From assembly GCA_964012805.1 (NCBI GenBank), contig CAXGUD010000006.1, positions 1 to 64,000 of the forward strand: a stretch of 64,000 nt of DNA, given 5' to 3'. Shown in pieces: positions 28,699 through 37,906 of the stretch. Made by a program: the position numbers and the translations under genes. Position 1 is the first letter of the stretch, and each line of letters starts with the position of its first letter. The notes below the pieces were generated by a model. It was not told where the DNA came from and made no database searches. It saw only the letters and a list, made by a program, of their open reading frames with translations. The stretch is from an uncultured Bacteriovoracaceae bacterium (GTDB lineage Bacteria; Bdellovibrionota; Bacteriovoracia; Bacteriovoracales; Bacteriovoracaceae).

Positions 28699-29886
28699 TT
28701 AAGGCTTTTTGATTATAGACAAAATAAGTTCTTTTCTTGCCTTATCAATCGCTTCTCCCAGTTCTTTCCCCTGAAACTTAGATTCAAGGTGGCTAAGGTT
28801 TAAGGTTTTAAGCTCTTTGATGAGATAAAACATTTTAGAAGATATTTCCGAGCTATTTTCATTTCCATAAAGAATTTTGGACTCAATTTCTATGCACTTA
28901 AGGTAATCAGGTAGGATTGTATGGTTTTGATGAAATGCTTTGAGCTTTTTAAGCAAATCTAGTATTTCTTCAGGAGATGATTCTAGTAAATTATGTCCTA
29001 TTTTATTATGCTTGGCCGTTTGAAGGCAAAGTTGTTTGGCCTTTTGGGGAAAACGAAGGTCTTCTAAGAAAAACTCTAATTTTTTTATATCCTTTTCCCT
29101 TTGGGCCTTTTTAGGGGCCTTACCAAATATCATAAAGAAACAGGAGAAAAGGAGGTCTAGAGAAAAGTCAAATGCTTTGGCCAAATCCAAAATCTGAAAT
29201 GAGTAATCCCAGTCACTTATATTTAAATCATTGTTTTTACATGATTTTAAGGACGTTAAAGAAGCAAAGAGCTCTTTGAGGGCTTGGCATTTTTCAAGAG
29301 TTTCGAAGAACAGGTATGGTTTTGGCGCTAAAAAGGCTTTAGACAATTCTTCCAAAACTCTCTCACTTGAGAGGGTTTTTAATTCTCCTGAATGGGTGAT
29401 TTTTGTCATAAGTTCTAGAGTTTGAGGGGCAATAGAGAACTCTGGGAACCGTGCATGAAACCGTGCAACCCTAAGAACTCTAAGAGGATCTTCAATAAAA
29501 TGAGGAGAAACATGTTTTAGAACTTTATTTTTGAGGTCTTTTTGACCTTTAAAAGGATCAATAATCTCCTTTGATTCTTCATCCATTGCCATTGCATTAA
29601 TGGTCAGGTCTCTTCTAATTAGGTCTTCTTCAAGAGTTACATTGGGAGTAAATTCAAAAATGAAAGCTTTATGACCTTTCCCTTTTTTTATTTCCTTTCT
29701 TGCCAGTGCATATTCGCTTCCAGTTTTTGGGTGGATAAAAACGGGAAATGCTTTTCCTACTCTTTTGAAGCCTTTTTTCTCCATTTCTTTTTCAGTGGCC
29801 CCTACGACAACATAATCTAGGTCGGTTGGGGTTTCACCTAATATTTTGTCCCTTACAGCCCCACCAACCAGGTAAATATTCATCAA
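28699..29886 (-). CDS. cca: CCA tRNA nucleotidyltransferase (class II)
   Basis: YLVGGAVRD, DLDYVV, EYALARKE, RRDLTINAMA and EDPLRVLRVARF. Confidence 0.93.
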   Translation of the reverse strand: MMNIYLVGGAVRDKILGETPTDLDYVVVGATEKEMEKKGFKRVGKAFPVFIHPKTGSEYALARKEIKKGKGHKAFIFEFTPNVTLEEDLIRRDLTINAMAMDEESKEIIDPFKGQKDLKNKVLKHVSPHFIEDPLRVLRVARFHARFPEFSIAPQTLELMTKITHSGELKTLSSERVLEELSKAFLAPKPYLFFETLEKCQALKELFASLTSLKSCKNNDLNISDWDYSFQILDLAKAFDFSLDLLFSCFFMIFGKAPKKAQREKDIKKLEFFLEDLRFPQKAKQLCLQTAKHNKIGHNLLESSPEEILDLLKKLKAFHQNHTILPDYLKCIEIESKILYGNENSSEISSKMFYLIKELKTLNLSHLESKFQGKELGEAIDKARKELILSIIKKP

Positions 29887-30051
29887 ATGACCTCCTTCTT
29901 AGTCCTATTTTCTCTGAATTTAAAAGGGTTTGGCCAGTGGAGGGGCAAAATTGTGAGCCTTTATGGACTTTTAACCACCTGTAAAATAAATAGTAGGCTT
30001 TTTTTTAGGTATCCTTTTCATTATGCCTTTGGGTGTAGGGAGATTGATTTA

Positions 30052-30756
30052 ATGATTAAGGTAAAGGAAATTGTGAAAGATGGAAAGTTCCCCATTGACC
30101 CCTTTTCATGGCAGGTTCGCTTTTCTATTAACCATGTAAAAGCAAATTGTGAGTTTATAAAGGTTCCTTGGGATCAAACACCCGAAATTCTTGAGTTGAA
30201 AAATGAGGCACCAGTTTTAATTGATGGTGAAAGAGTTATAAAAGGAGCTTTCCAAATTACTAAATACCTAGAAAGAAACTTTACAGATTCCCCAAGTCTT
30301 TTTGGAGGATCAGCAGGGCTAGGGGCCTCTAGATTTATTGATTTTTGGGCCTTTGATGTTTTGCTCGAGGAAGTTTATGCTCTGATTATGGTTGACTTGG
30401 CCGAGGAAAATCTGACGATAGATTCTACAAGAAGGAGTGCATGGGAAAATAAAATAAATTCACTTTGGGGGGATATAAAGTTTAGTGAACTCAAGGATTT
30501 ACGTAACGAGAGAAGAAAATACTTCCAAGATGTAATGCTCAAGCCCCTAAGAAAAACAATAACAGCGAGTACATTTTTAGGCGGAGATTCACCAGCTTTT
30601 AGCGATTATGCTGTTGCTGGAATTTTTTATTGGGCAAGAACGTTGAGTTGTTTTGAGATTTTAGAATCAGGAGATCCGGTTTTTTCTTGGCTGGAGGAGG
30701 TTTTAAATTTATATTCAAGTCAGTTTAAGAGACCAGAGGATGCACCAATGGCCTAA
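30052..30756 (+). CDS. Glutathione S-transferase-fold protein, LigE/beta-etherase-like
   Basis: PFSWQVRF, PVLIDG, FLGGDSPAFSDY...WAR...DPVFSW; AGGGAG RBS places the start at 30052. Confidence 0.7.
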   Translation: MIKVKEIVKDGKFPIDPFSWQVRFSINHVKANCEFIKVPWDQTPEILELKNEAPVLIDGERVIKGAFQITKYLERNFTDSPSLFGGSAGLGASRFIDFWAFDVLLEEVYALIMVDLAEENLTIDSTRRSAWENKINSLWGDIKFSELKDLRNERRKYFQDVMLKPLRKTITASTFLGGDSPAFSDYAVAGIFYWARTLSCFEILESGDPVFSWLEEVLNLYSSQFKRPEDAPMA

Positions 30757-30784
30757 AGATTGTTTGAACGTTAAAGGAAAAACC

Positions 30785-31354
30785 ATGATTGGATCTTTTC
30801 AATTTAAAGAAATTCTCTCTGTGACCCTTGTTTTATTCTCCGTTATTGATATTTTGGGCTCAATTCCCATTATTATTGATTTAAGAAAAAAAAATAGAGT
30901 TATAAACCCTGGAAAAGCCACGCTAGTTTCTGGCGTTTTAATGATCCTCTTCCTTTACATAGGTGAAAATATATTAAAATTATTTGCTCTTGATGTTCAG
31001 TCCTTTGCCTTAGCAGGCTCTTTGGTGATGTTTTTAATAGGGATGGAAATGGTTTTAAATGTTGTAATATTTAAGCCAGAGCCAGAAATATCAAGTACTT
31101 CGGTCGTTCCCTTGGCGTTTCCTCTAATAGCCGGAGCTGGAACTATGACTACTTTGATATCCTTACGTGCTGAATTTCAAAAAGTTAACATCCTTTTAGG
31201 TGTCCTTTTAAACCTAATTTTTGTTTATGCCGTCCTTCGGGGCTCTGGCTGGATATCGAGAAAGTTGGGTGTTGGAGGTGCTAATGTTTTAAGGTCTGTT
31301 TCAGGCATAATTTTACTTGCTATTTCCATAAAGATTTTCAAAAAGAACCTTTGA
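30785..31354 (+). CDS. marC: MarC family membrane protein
   Basis: LFSVIDILGSIP, VPLAFPLIAGAG, six TMs; start taken at the second ATG. Confidence 0.9.
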   Translation: MIGSFQFKEILSVTLVLFSVIDILGSIPIIIDLRKKNRVINPGKATLVSGVLMILFLYIGENILKLFALDVQSFALAGSLVMFLIGMEMVLNVVIFKPEPEISSTSVVPLAFPLIAGAGTMTTLISLRAEFQKVNILLGVLLNLIFVYAVLRGSGWISRKLGVGGANVLRSVSGIILLAISIKIFKKNL

Positions 31355-31632
31355 TAAAAATGTTAAAAATAAGAGGTATTTTGACTTAAACTATTGGCAT
31401 TGTAAGTTAATGAAATTTTTCACTTTATCTCCATATCTTAACATTTCCAAATATATTTCTTTGTTCTAAACTCTAAAATAAAAAAAACTATATTGTAAGT
31501 ATCTAAAACTATTACCTTTTTTTTATAAGTTACCTAAAGTTGATAAAAAAAAACGGTTAGGTGTTAATATAATTATTAACGAATCTTAAAAAAGTTTGGA
31601 TGATGAAATTTAAAAAAAAGGGGAAAAGATTA

Positions 31633-31836
31633 ATGGAAGAAAATGAAGCGAGCACTTGTTCTTGTTCTATTTGTGGAACTAAAAAAGGCCCGTTTTTTAT
31701 TGTCTCGCATGAATTAAAAAGTGTTAAGGAGAATCATCATAGTGTAAGCTTGGTAACAACTAGAATTTGTAAAAGTTGCCAAGTTATTTCTCTTAAATCA
31801 CTTTTAATGGCTGCAAATCTAATTAGAAAAAGTTAG
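31633..31836 (+). CDS. Small putative zinc-ribbon protein
   Basis: CSIC...CKSC pairs; GGGG RBS-like element before ATG 31633. Confidence 0.5.
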   Translation: MEENEASTCSCSICGTKKGPFFIVSHELKSVKENHHSVSLVTTRICKSCQVISLKSLLMAANLIRKS

Positions 31837-31868
31837 ATTCTTCTAATCTAATTGGACTAATTTTTTCG

Positions 31869-32966
31869 TTAAGAAATATTCTTAAGTATTTTTATTCTGT
31901 ACATTCCCACTTTTTCTTTTCTTATTAGGTCCTTGTAATCTTTTGTGACGTCTTCATATCCTGTTTCATCTACTTCGGAAACTCGCAAGTAATAACGAAG
32001 GACGACAATACTGTTAGCAGAAAGACATGGCTTTATATTTTGAAGGAAATTTTTTTCAATATTACCTGTAAAGTAAGACGGCACATCACTAAAAGAAAAA
32101 AAATCAATATTATCGATTTCTTTTACTAATTCAAAAATATCTTTTTGCTCGAGGTGTACCGAAGCGTTTCCTTCATTTAAACTTCTTTTTATATCATCAA
32201 AAACTGATGGATCTGCCTCTATAGGAATACCTTCTTTAGTCATAACTTTTCCAAGAAATACAAGTTGAAGGAAAAAGCTTTCTTTTGCGACAATATTGTT
32301 TATAAGGTGGTCAAAGTTATTTAAGTAGTATTGAAAGTGACTTTCTTCAACGTTTTTTTCTATAAAGTGACCTTTATAGAGAAGAGCATTAAAAAAGCTC
32401 TTGTTTCCCATAAGAAAAACAAGAAAACGCCATTTTAAATGCGGAAAATCTCTTTTATAATAATTCAACTGATCTTCAATGGTGGAAAATTCAAAAAGTT
32501 TATCGTGTTGACTTCCCATTATTTTTTTTATGATTTTTGCCACGACTTGAAACGTCTTTTCCCACTTTCCTAAATAAAGGGGGGAAATCCAGTTAATTTC
32601 ATCGTAAAGCCTTGAAAAAAAATGTTTACAATCATTTGAAAGTTCAAGTTCATTAAAAAGAGTATTTCTCTTTCTTGTGTTATCTTCAGGTTCATAAGGA
32701 GGGTATCCCCAGAATAAAAGATAGTCTTCAAGAGAAAATTCTTTGTAGCAGCTTGATCTTAACTCTGTAAGATGGATCTGCTCCTTAGAAAGGTCAACGC
32801 AATATAAATCACTAGGGCCATGACATAAAAGAGGAAGACTTCGACCACCACTACCAGCAACTGCTAATACTTTTTTAGGATTTAATTTCTTAACCATCTC
32901 AACTTCAAATGTTGTATCTTCGTTTCCAAGGGAGTAGTTAAGACTTTTAAAGTATTTTTCGGTCAT
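31869..32966 (-). CDS. BtaA/DUF3419-like SAM-dependent 3-amino-3-carboxypropyl transferase
   Basis: NYSLGNED, VLAVAGSGG, VDLSKEQIHLTELR, GKWEK and FSDVPSY resemble DUF3419/BtaA. Confidence 0.75.
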   Translation of the reverse strand: MTEKYFKSLNYSLGNEDTTFEVEMVKKLNPKKVLAVAGSGGRSLPLLCHGPSDLYCVDLSKEQIHLTELRSSCYKEFSLEDYLLFWGYPPYEPEDNTRKRNTLFNELELSNDCKHFFSRLYDEINWISPLYLGKWEKTFQVVAKIIKKIMGSQHDKLFEFSTIEDQLNYYKRDFPHLKWRFLVFLMGNKSFFNALLYKGHFIEKNVEESHFQYYLNNFDHLINNIVAKESFFLQLVFLGKVMTKEGIPIEADPSVFDDIKRSLNEGNASVHLEQKDIFELVKEIDNIDFFSFSDVPSYFTGNIEKNFLQNIKPCLSANSIVVLRYYLRVSEVDETGYEDVTKDYKDLIRKEKVGMYRIKILKNIS

Positions 32967-35038
32967 GAGTTATCCTCACTTTTTTTAATTGACCAGGTTT
33001 TTAAGTTTTTTATTGCGTGCTCTCTACATAATTCAAATTCTTGATCTGTGACAAAACCCGAATGCCCCATAATTGCGGATAGTCTTACACCATGCTCAGA
33101 TGCCATTTTATCAATTTCTAAAACCTTTTTATAATTAATATTTCTTGAAAGGGTAAAGTTTTCAAGTGTGCCATTAAGTGCAAGAAGAGCTGTCTCAGCA
33201 AGACATGCATAGACCACATTTCCCTCAAGCCCAAGGTCAACTTTGCTATCAATATTGCCAGGAAGTTGAACTTCTCCACTTGCTATAACCATGACATCCG
33301 GTCTTTTAAGGGCGTCTTCCTCCTGAATATCAAAAGGTCGGCTCACATCGCAAATAACACAACCAGGTTTCACCATTTCAATATCTAAGATCTTTCTACC
33401 TTGAGCACTTGTTGTGGTTATAATCAGGTCACAAGTACCAATGAGTTCGGGTTCTGGTGAGGTCGCGATTGTAATTTTTGTTGTAGGGTCTATATTTTCA
33501 ATTTCATCTTTAAGTTCAAGAAGCTTATAGCCTCTAGGTGCAACAAGAATAACTTCGTCCCACCGTGAGGCAAGTACCTTTGCACTAACAGCACCAATGC
33601 TTCCTGTTGCACCGACGACCATAATTTTACCTTTCCATTTTCCATCATTCTTTTTTACTATCCCAATTTTTTGAACAGCTATTTTTGCGGCCCATAAAGT
33701 GGAAGCAGCGGAAAGACTATTTCCAGTTGTAACGGGAATAGGACTTCTTCTTGCTACAGTGACACCAGCATCACCTACAATTTTTGTATAGGCGCCAAGG
33801 CCAATGATATTAGCACCATCTTCTCTTGCCTTATAAGAGAGGTCGACTAATTTTTTATAAATCGTAGATGTGTCTGCCTCAAGAAGTTTTCTAGGAGTAT
33901 CAGGAACTGCATAAATAATACCCTCTACTTCTTTTCCAGTTTTTTCGCTTACGATTCCTTTAATTTTACCATAGAAAAAACCTGGAAAATTAGAGGCCAT
34001 ATTTTCAACTGATCTTTCAAGTGGTTTAGAGTAGCTTTTAAGCCATTTAAGAGATTTTGCCTTAAAAAGCATTTTGGCCGCAAGAGGGTGGATGATAAAA
34101 GCAAACGTTTCTTTTTTATTTGGTGTAGATGTTTTATCATAGCTTTTAATTTCTGGACCTAGTTTACTATCTCCAACCCAAGATAAAATTTCACTTGCAC
34201 TTAAAGGATTATTATTATTTTTTGTAAGCTGAAGAAGTCCCTCATAGAGAGCAAAACTAGAAAATGGAAAGTTTTTTAGAGAAGGTAGGCACGAGATAAT
34301 ATTTTTTACACCATAAGATTTTAATTTTTTTTCTAAAAGAGGGTTCAGAAAGTCTATAATAAGAGTTTTTCCCCTTAGATGTTCTAAGTCAACACTTGAA
34401 ATAGTTGAATTCGTTCCTATAAATACGTGGGAAGAGAAGAATCTACGCAGACCTTTTCCTATGAGCACATCTTTTTCTGAAAAACTAGGAATATTTTTTT
34501 TTCTAAAATTCATTTTTTTTAATAGATTTGAGGAAAGGGATAAAAACGTTTCTAATCTTCTTTTATTTCTAAAAATTGTTGGTAGGTGAAAAAAGTAATA
34601 AGGGTCACAGAGCCTTATGTCGCCAGCAAATTCTTTAATAACATCAAGGCAATGAATAAATTGAGATCCGCAGTAAAAAGAGATTTTTTTATTGGCAATA
34701 AGCTCAGGTTCTCTTAAATAAACTTGTCTTAACATCCAGGGAAGATAAACCTCTTCGAGAATTTCACCGTCAAGTATGGGTGTTTGATCTGAGCTTAATT
34801 TCAGCTGATTAGACGTTGGGTTTACTATATCTTTTCTTGGAAGGTGAATTCTATGTGGAATTCCTGAAAGACAAATGAGATCACATTCACCATCATATTT
34901 TTTAATAAGGTCTTTTGTTAAATTAAAATGAAAACCAGTAGAAAATTGGGTAATCCTAATTTCTTGACCTTCAAATTCAATAACTTTATCAAAGTTTGTG
35001 TTTCTGGATGCATAGGCAAGGGAGAGGATGTGCTTCAT
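32963..35038 (-). CDS. Two-domain protein: uncharacterised N-domain + acyl-ACP-reductase-like (COG5322) domain
   Basis: C-half FAFIIHPL, GLGAYT, TTGN, VGATGSIG, DVSRP and YACLAE (Cys equivalent to the cyanobacterial AAR catalytic Cys). Confidence 0.7.
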   Translation of the reverse strand: MKHILSLAYASRNTNFDKVIEFEGQEIRITQFSTGFHFNLTKDLIKKYDGECDLICLSGIPHRIHLPRKDIVNPTSNQLKLSSDQTPILDGEILEEVYLPWMLRQVYLREPELIANKKISFYCGSQFIHCLDVIKEFAGDIRLCDPYYFFHLPTIFRNKRRLETFLSLSSNLLKKMNFRKKNIPSFSEKDVLIGKGLRRFFSSHVFIGTNSTISSVDLEHLRGKTLIIDFLNPLLEKKLKSYGVKNIISCLPSLKNFPFSSFALYEGLLQLTKNNNNPLSASEILSWVGDSKLGPEIKSYDKTSTPNKKETFAFIIHPLAAKMLFKAKSLKWLKSYSKPLERSVENMASNFPGFFYGKIKGIVSEKTGKEVEGIIYAVPDTPRKLLEADTSTIYKKLVDLSYKAREDGANIIGLGAYTKIVGDAGVTVARRSPIPVTTGNSLSAASTLWAAKIAVQKIGIVKKNDGKWKGKIMVVGATGSIGAVSAKVLASRWDEVILVAPRGYKLLELKDEIENIDPTTKITIATSPEPELIGTCDLIITTTSAQGRKILDIEMVKPGCVICDVSRPFDIQEEDALKRPDVMVIASGEVQLPGNIDSKVDLGLEGNVVYACLAETALLALNGTLENFTLSRNINYKKVLEIDKMASEHGVRLSAIMGHSGFVTDQEFELCREHAIKNLKTWSIKKSEDNS

Positions 35039-36093
35039 CCTTCACCCCCTTCGAGGGCCTTTTCCCTAATTGGTTTAAAAATGTTTTCTTTGTATTTATT
35101 ATAATCACTTGTTTTTTCGCCCCTTAAATCTCTATTGAAATTTCTTTGATCATAAATGCATTTAGAGTACATATAGAGCAAAAGTTCTCGTGGAATTCCT
35201 AAAAGTTCCACCAGATGGGGACTAAACTTGGTATTAGGTAAAGGAAACGGCTTTGGATTTATTCCAACTGCTTTAAAACAATCTTTAATAAACTCATCAA
35301 TTGTTGGAAGATTCGTACCAACCACATGATATGTTTTTAAAGGTAAATCATCCTGATCATTTTTAATTCCCTGGATAACAAAATATTTTGCGTGATCAAC
35401 AGGAATAATAGGGAAAATACTATCCTTGTTGTAAGGAATTGGGATAACAGGCAGAGAATTTAGAATATCTTTTTTATCCTTATTTTGAAGAAGAAACTCT
35501 GTGAAATAATAAGGCCCATCAACCTTAGGGATATGACCTGTTTTTGAGTCTCCTATGATAACTCCTAGTCTATAAATTCTTCTTTTAATAGATTTTTTAA
35601 AATCCCAATTCTGAACCTGAAATTCTGCAAAATATTTAGTTTCCGCATAACTATTGGAGAAAGATTGACCTTCATCGAGAACACTTTCGTAGTACGTTCC
35701 TGAGTGTGAACCACTGACAGCAATTGTGCTTATATAATGAAAAACATCTACATTTGGGCAAAGACCTGCAAAATAGAGAAGATTTTGTGTTCCAATAACA
35801 TTATGGGAATAACATTCAGATAAATTTCCTTCTATGTCATAAAAAGCTGCAATGTGAATGATTGAGTTAATCTCTTCTTTTATATCCTGATATTCTTTAG
35901 CATCCTCAATAACATCCATGTTCAGGAGGTCCCCAACTATGAAGGATATCTTTTTTTCATTTGGGAATAAGCCTTTTGCTTTTTGTAAGCTTTGTTTTCT
36001 TATGAGAAGGTAAATGTGATCGAAGTGATCTATTAGATCCTTTAGGATATACCCACCCAAAAAACCTGTAGAGCCTGTCAGTAAAGCTTTCAC
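35035..36093 (-). CDS. Extended SDR, fatty-acyl/thioester-reductase-like (NAD_binding_4)
   Basis: TGSTGFLG, HIAA, YAETK and GDSKTGHIPKVDGPYYF; GTG start overlaps the upstream TGA. Confidence 0.8.
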   Translation of the reverse strand: MKALLTGSTGFLGGYILKDLIDHFDHIYLLIRKQSLQKAKGLFPNEKKISFIVGDLLNMDVIEDAKEYQDIKEEINSIIHIAAFYDIEGNLSECYSHNVIGTQNLLYFAGLCPNVDVFHYISTIAVSGSHSGTYYESVLDEGQSFSNSYAETKYFAEFQVQNWDFKKSIKRRIYRLGVIIGDSKTGHIPKVDGPYYFTEFLLQNKDKKDILNSLPVIPIPYNKDSIFPIIPVDHAKYFVIQGIKNDQDDLPLKTYHVVGTNLPTIDEFIKDCFKAVGINPKPFPLPNTKFSPHLVELLGIPRELLLYMYSKCIYDQRNFNRDLRGEKTSDYNKYKENIFKPIREKALEGGEG

Positions 36094-37055
36094 GTTAATG
36101 TGACCTCTGCAACCCAATCAACAAGATCCTTACTTGGATCAACTGCATAAACTGTAAGGGCCTTTCTCTCAACTTTGATTTCCCATCGGTTTGATGGGGC
36201 AAAAACTTCACCATCCCCAAAAAACGAAATCATTTTCTCAGGATTATTATTAATGATTTCTAGCTCGCTTGTTTCGAAGGATTTGAAATGGGGATCATTT
36301 TGAGGCAGATTTCCGTTTGAAAGCTCTAAGAGGGCTTTCAAAAGATCTTTTTTGTATGGATGAGTAAACAGGCTTACGTTGAAAGACCCATCAGAATTAT
36401 TTGTTTCAGGTGCGACTATAAAAGAACCGGCCAAAGTAGATTGGTTATTGATTAAGACAGCAACAGCTTTTTCATGGGAGTGAAAGTTAGGGGACTTTAG
36501 TTCTAGATCATAGTAGTCCAGTTTATCGGTTAAAATTTCATAACCAAGAAATAAAGAATAAATTTTACTTCCGGAGAGTTGCATGACTTTTTTGAAAAGG
36601 GGGTAGTCTTGTCGGAGGTCATTTATTTTAGCGGCAACTATACCACCAAGACCAATACCACCATTGGTTGCCATAAATTGCCCATTTATATTGATGAGGT
36701 CAATTTTTTTCTTAGTTTCAAGTCTTATACATTGAATAATTTGTTCGATATCTTTTGGGTCACTTAGTTCGCTTGCAAGGTCATTTGCAGTGCCCGCAGG
36801 AATAACAAGTAGACCAACTTCTGTTTTTGCTATATTTTGAATAACCGTATTTGCTGTTCCATCACCACCAACACTAATGATAGCATCAACTTTATCCTCG
36901 ATGTCTTCTTTAAGGTTTTGATTAAGTTCCTCAATGGACGAAGGTGTTTTAAAAATGAGATGACTTCTAAAAAGCTGTCTAGTTATTTTCTTCCTCCAAT
37001 GATCATAAGATGTATTGGAGGCCCTTTTGTTGAGGTAAATAGTTATCTTTTGCAT
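36090..37055 (-). CDS. Diacylglycerol-kinase-family lipid kinase (YegS/DgkB/BmrU type)
   Basis: GGDGT, IPAGTANDLA, IDL and DGE motifs; ATG at 37055 preferred. Confidence 0.85.
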   Translation of the reverse strand: MQKITIYLNKRASNTSYDHWRKKITRQLFRSHLIFKTPSSIEELNQNLKEDIEDKVDAIISVGGDGTANTVIQNIAKTEVGLLVIPAGTANDLASELSDPKDIEQIIQCIRLETKKKIDLININGQFMATNGGIGLGGIVAAKINDLRQDYPLFKKVMQLSGSKIYSLFLGYEILTDKLDYYDLELKSPNFHSHEKAVAVLINNQSTLAGSFIVAPETNNSDGSFNVSLFTHPYKKDLLKALLELSNGNLPQNDPHFKSFETSELEIINNNPEKMISFFGDGEVFAPSNRWEIKVERKALTVYAVDPSKDLVDWVAEVTLT

Positions 37056-37234
37056 AAATTGACCCTTTTGAGGGTTATCAAACGGTCTTTTCCCTATACT
37101 CAAATCGGTTAAGGCATTTAAAAGATTGAAGAAAAAATTGCATCATTTCTTAAAAAAATGAGGCCTGTTACTATGATTGCTATAATAGGTATTCTTTAAA
37201 GGGATACTTGGAACTTATTCACAAAAGTTGACTT

Positions 37235-37906
37235 ATGGACACCATCTTTAGTTGTCAGGAACTGACTTTTTCTTATAGTTTTGGAAATGTAAATATTGAG
37301 GCCTTAAGAGGGGTTTCAATGGATTTTCAAAAAGGAAAATTCTACTGTCTATCGGGCCCTTCAGGTTCTGGAAAAACAACTTTTCTTAACGTCCTTGGAC
37401 TTATTGAAGATATTCAAGGGGGAGATATTGAATTTGAAGGAAAAAGGTTTAGAAACCTAAAAGAAGAAGACAAAAATTATATAAGAAGAAATCAGGTCGG
37501 ATTTATTTTTCAACATTTCAATCTCTTTCCAGTCTTAAGTGCTGAGGAGAATATTGAGTTTTTTCTAGTAAGGCAAGGTGTACCAAAAAAAGAACGTACA
37601 GATCTTGTTCATAAGGCGCTAAAGGACGTGGGACTTTGGGACCATAGAGATAAAAGGCCGCTTGAAATGAGTGGCGGACAAAGACAGAGAGTCGCCGTGG
37701 CAAGGGCCCTGACGAAAAGGCCTCTTGTTATTATTGGTGATGAACCTACGGCAAGCCTTGATCAAAAAACAGGAAAAGAAATTGTAAACCTTCTTAAAAA
37801 CTTAAGTGATGAATATGGGGCTTCAATTATTTTATCTAGCCACGATACGATGGTTCATGAATTTGCTGAGGAGCTTGTTATTCTAAAAGATGGGAGGTTA
37901 ACGTAA
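37235..37906 (+). CDS. ABC transporter ATP-binding protein (LolD/MacB-like)
   Basis: GPSGSGKT, GFIFQHFNL, MSGGQRQRVA, DEPT and SHD. Confidence 0.92.
   Translation: MDTIFSCQELTFSYSFGNVNIEALRGVSMDFQKGKFYCLSGPSGSGKTTFLNVLGLIEDIQGGDIEFEGKRFRNLKEEDKNYIRRNQVGFIFQHFNLFPVLSAEENIEFFLVRQGVPKKERTDLVHKALKDVGLWDHRDKRPLEMSGGQRQRVAVARALTKRPLVIIGDEPTASLDQKTGKEIVNLLKNLSDEYGASIILSSHDTMVHEFAEELVILKDGRLT

Noticed and set aside
29887..30051. N-terminal 55 codons of the GST ORF
   Set aside because: This would leave no room for the divergent cca/GST promoters; the RBS supports ATG 30052.
32963..35038. Cyanobacterial-type alkane pathway or shikimate/quinate dehydrogenase
   Set aside because: No aldehyde-deformylating oxygenase is nearby and shikimate-binding motifs are missing; only the Rossmann region is shared.
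31869..37055. Standard sphingolipid or DGTS operon
   Set aside because: No serine palmitoyltransferase, ceramide synthase or BtaB in the window; a role in such pathways through unlinked genes cannot be excluded.
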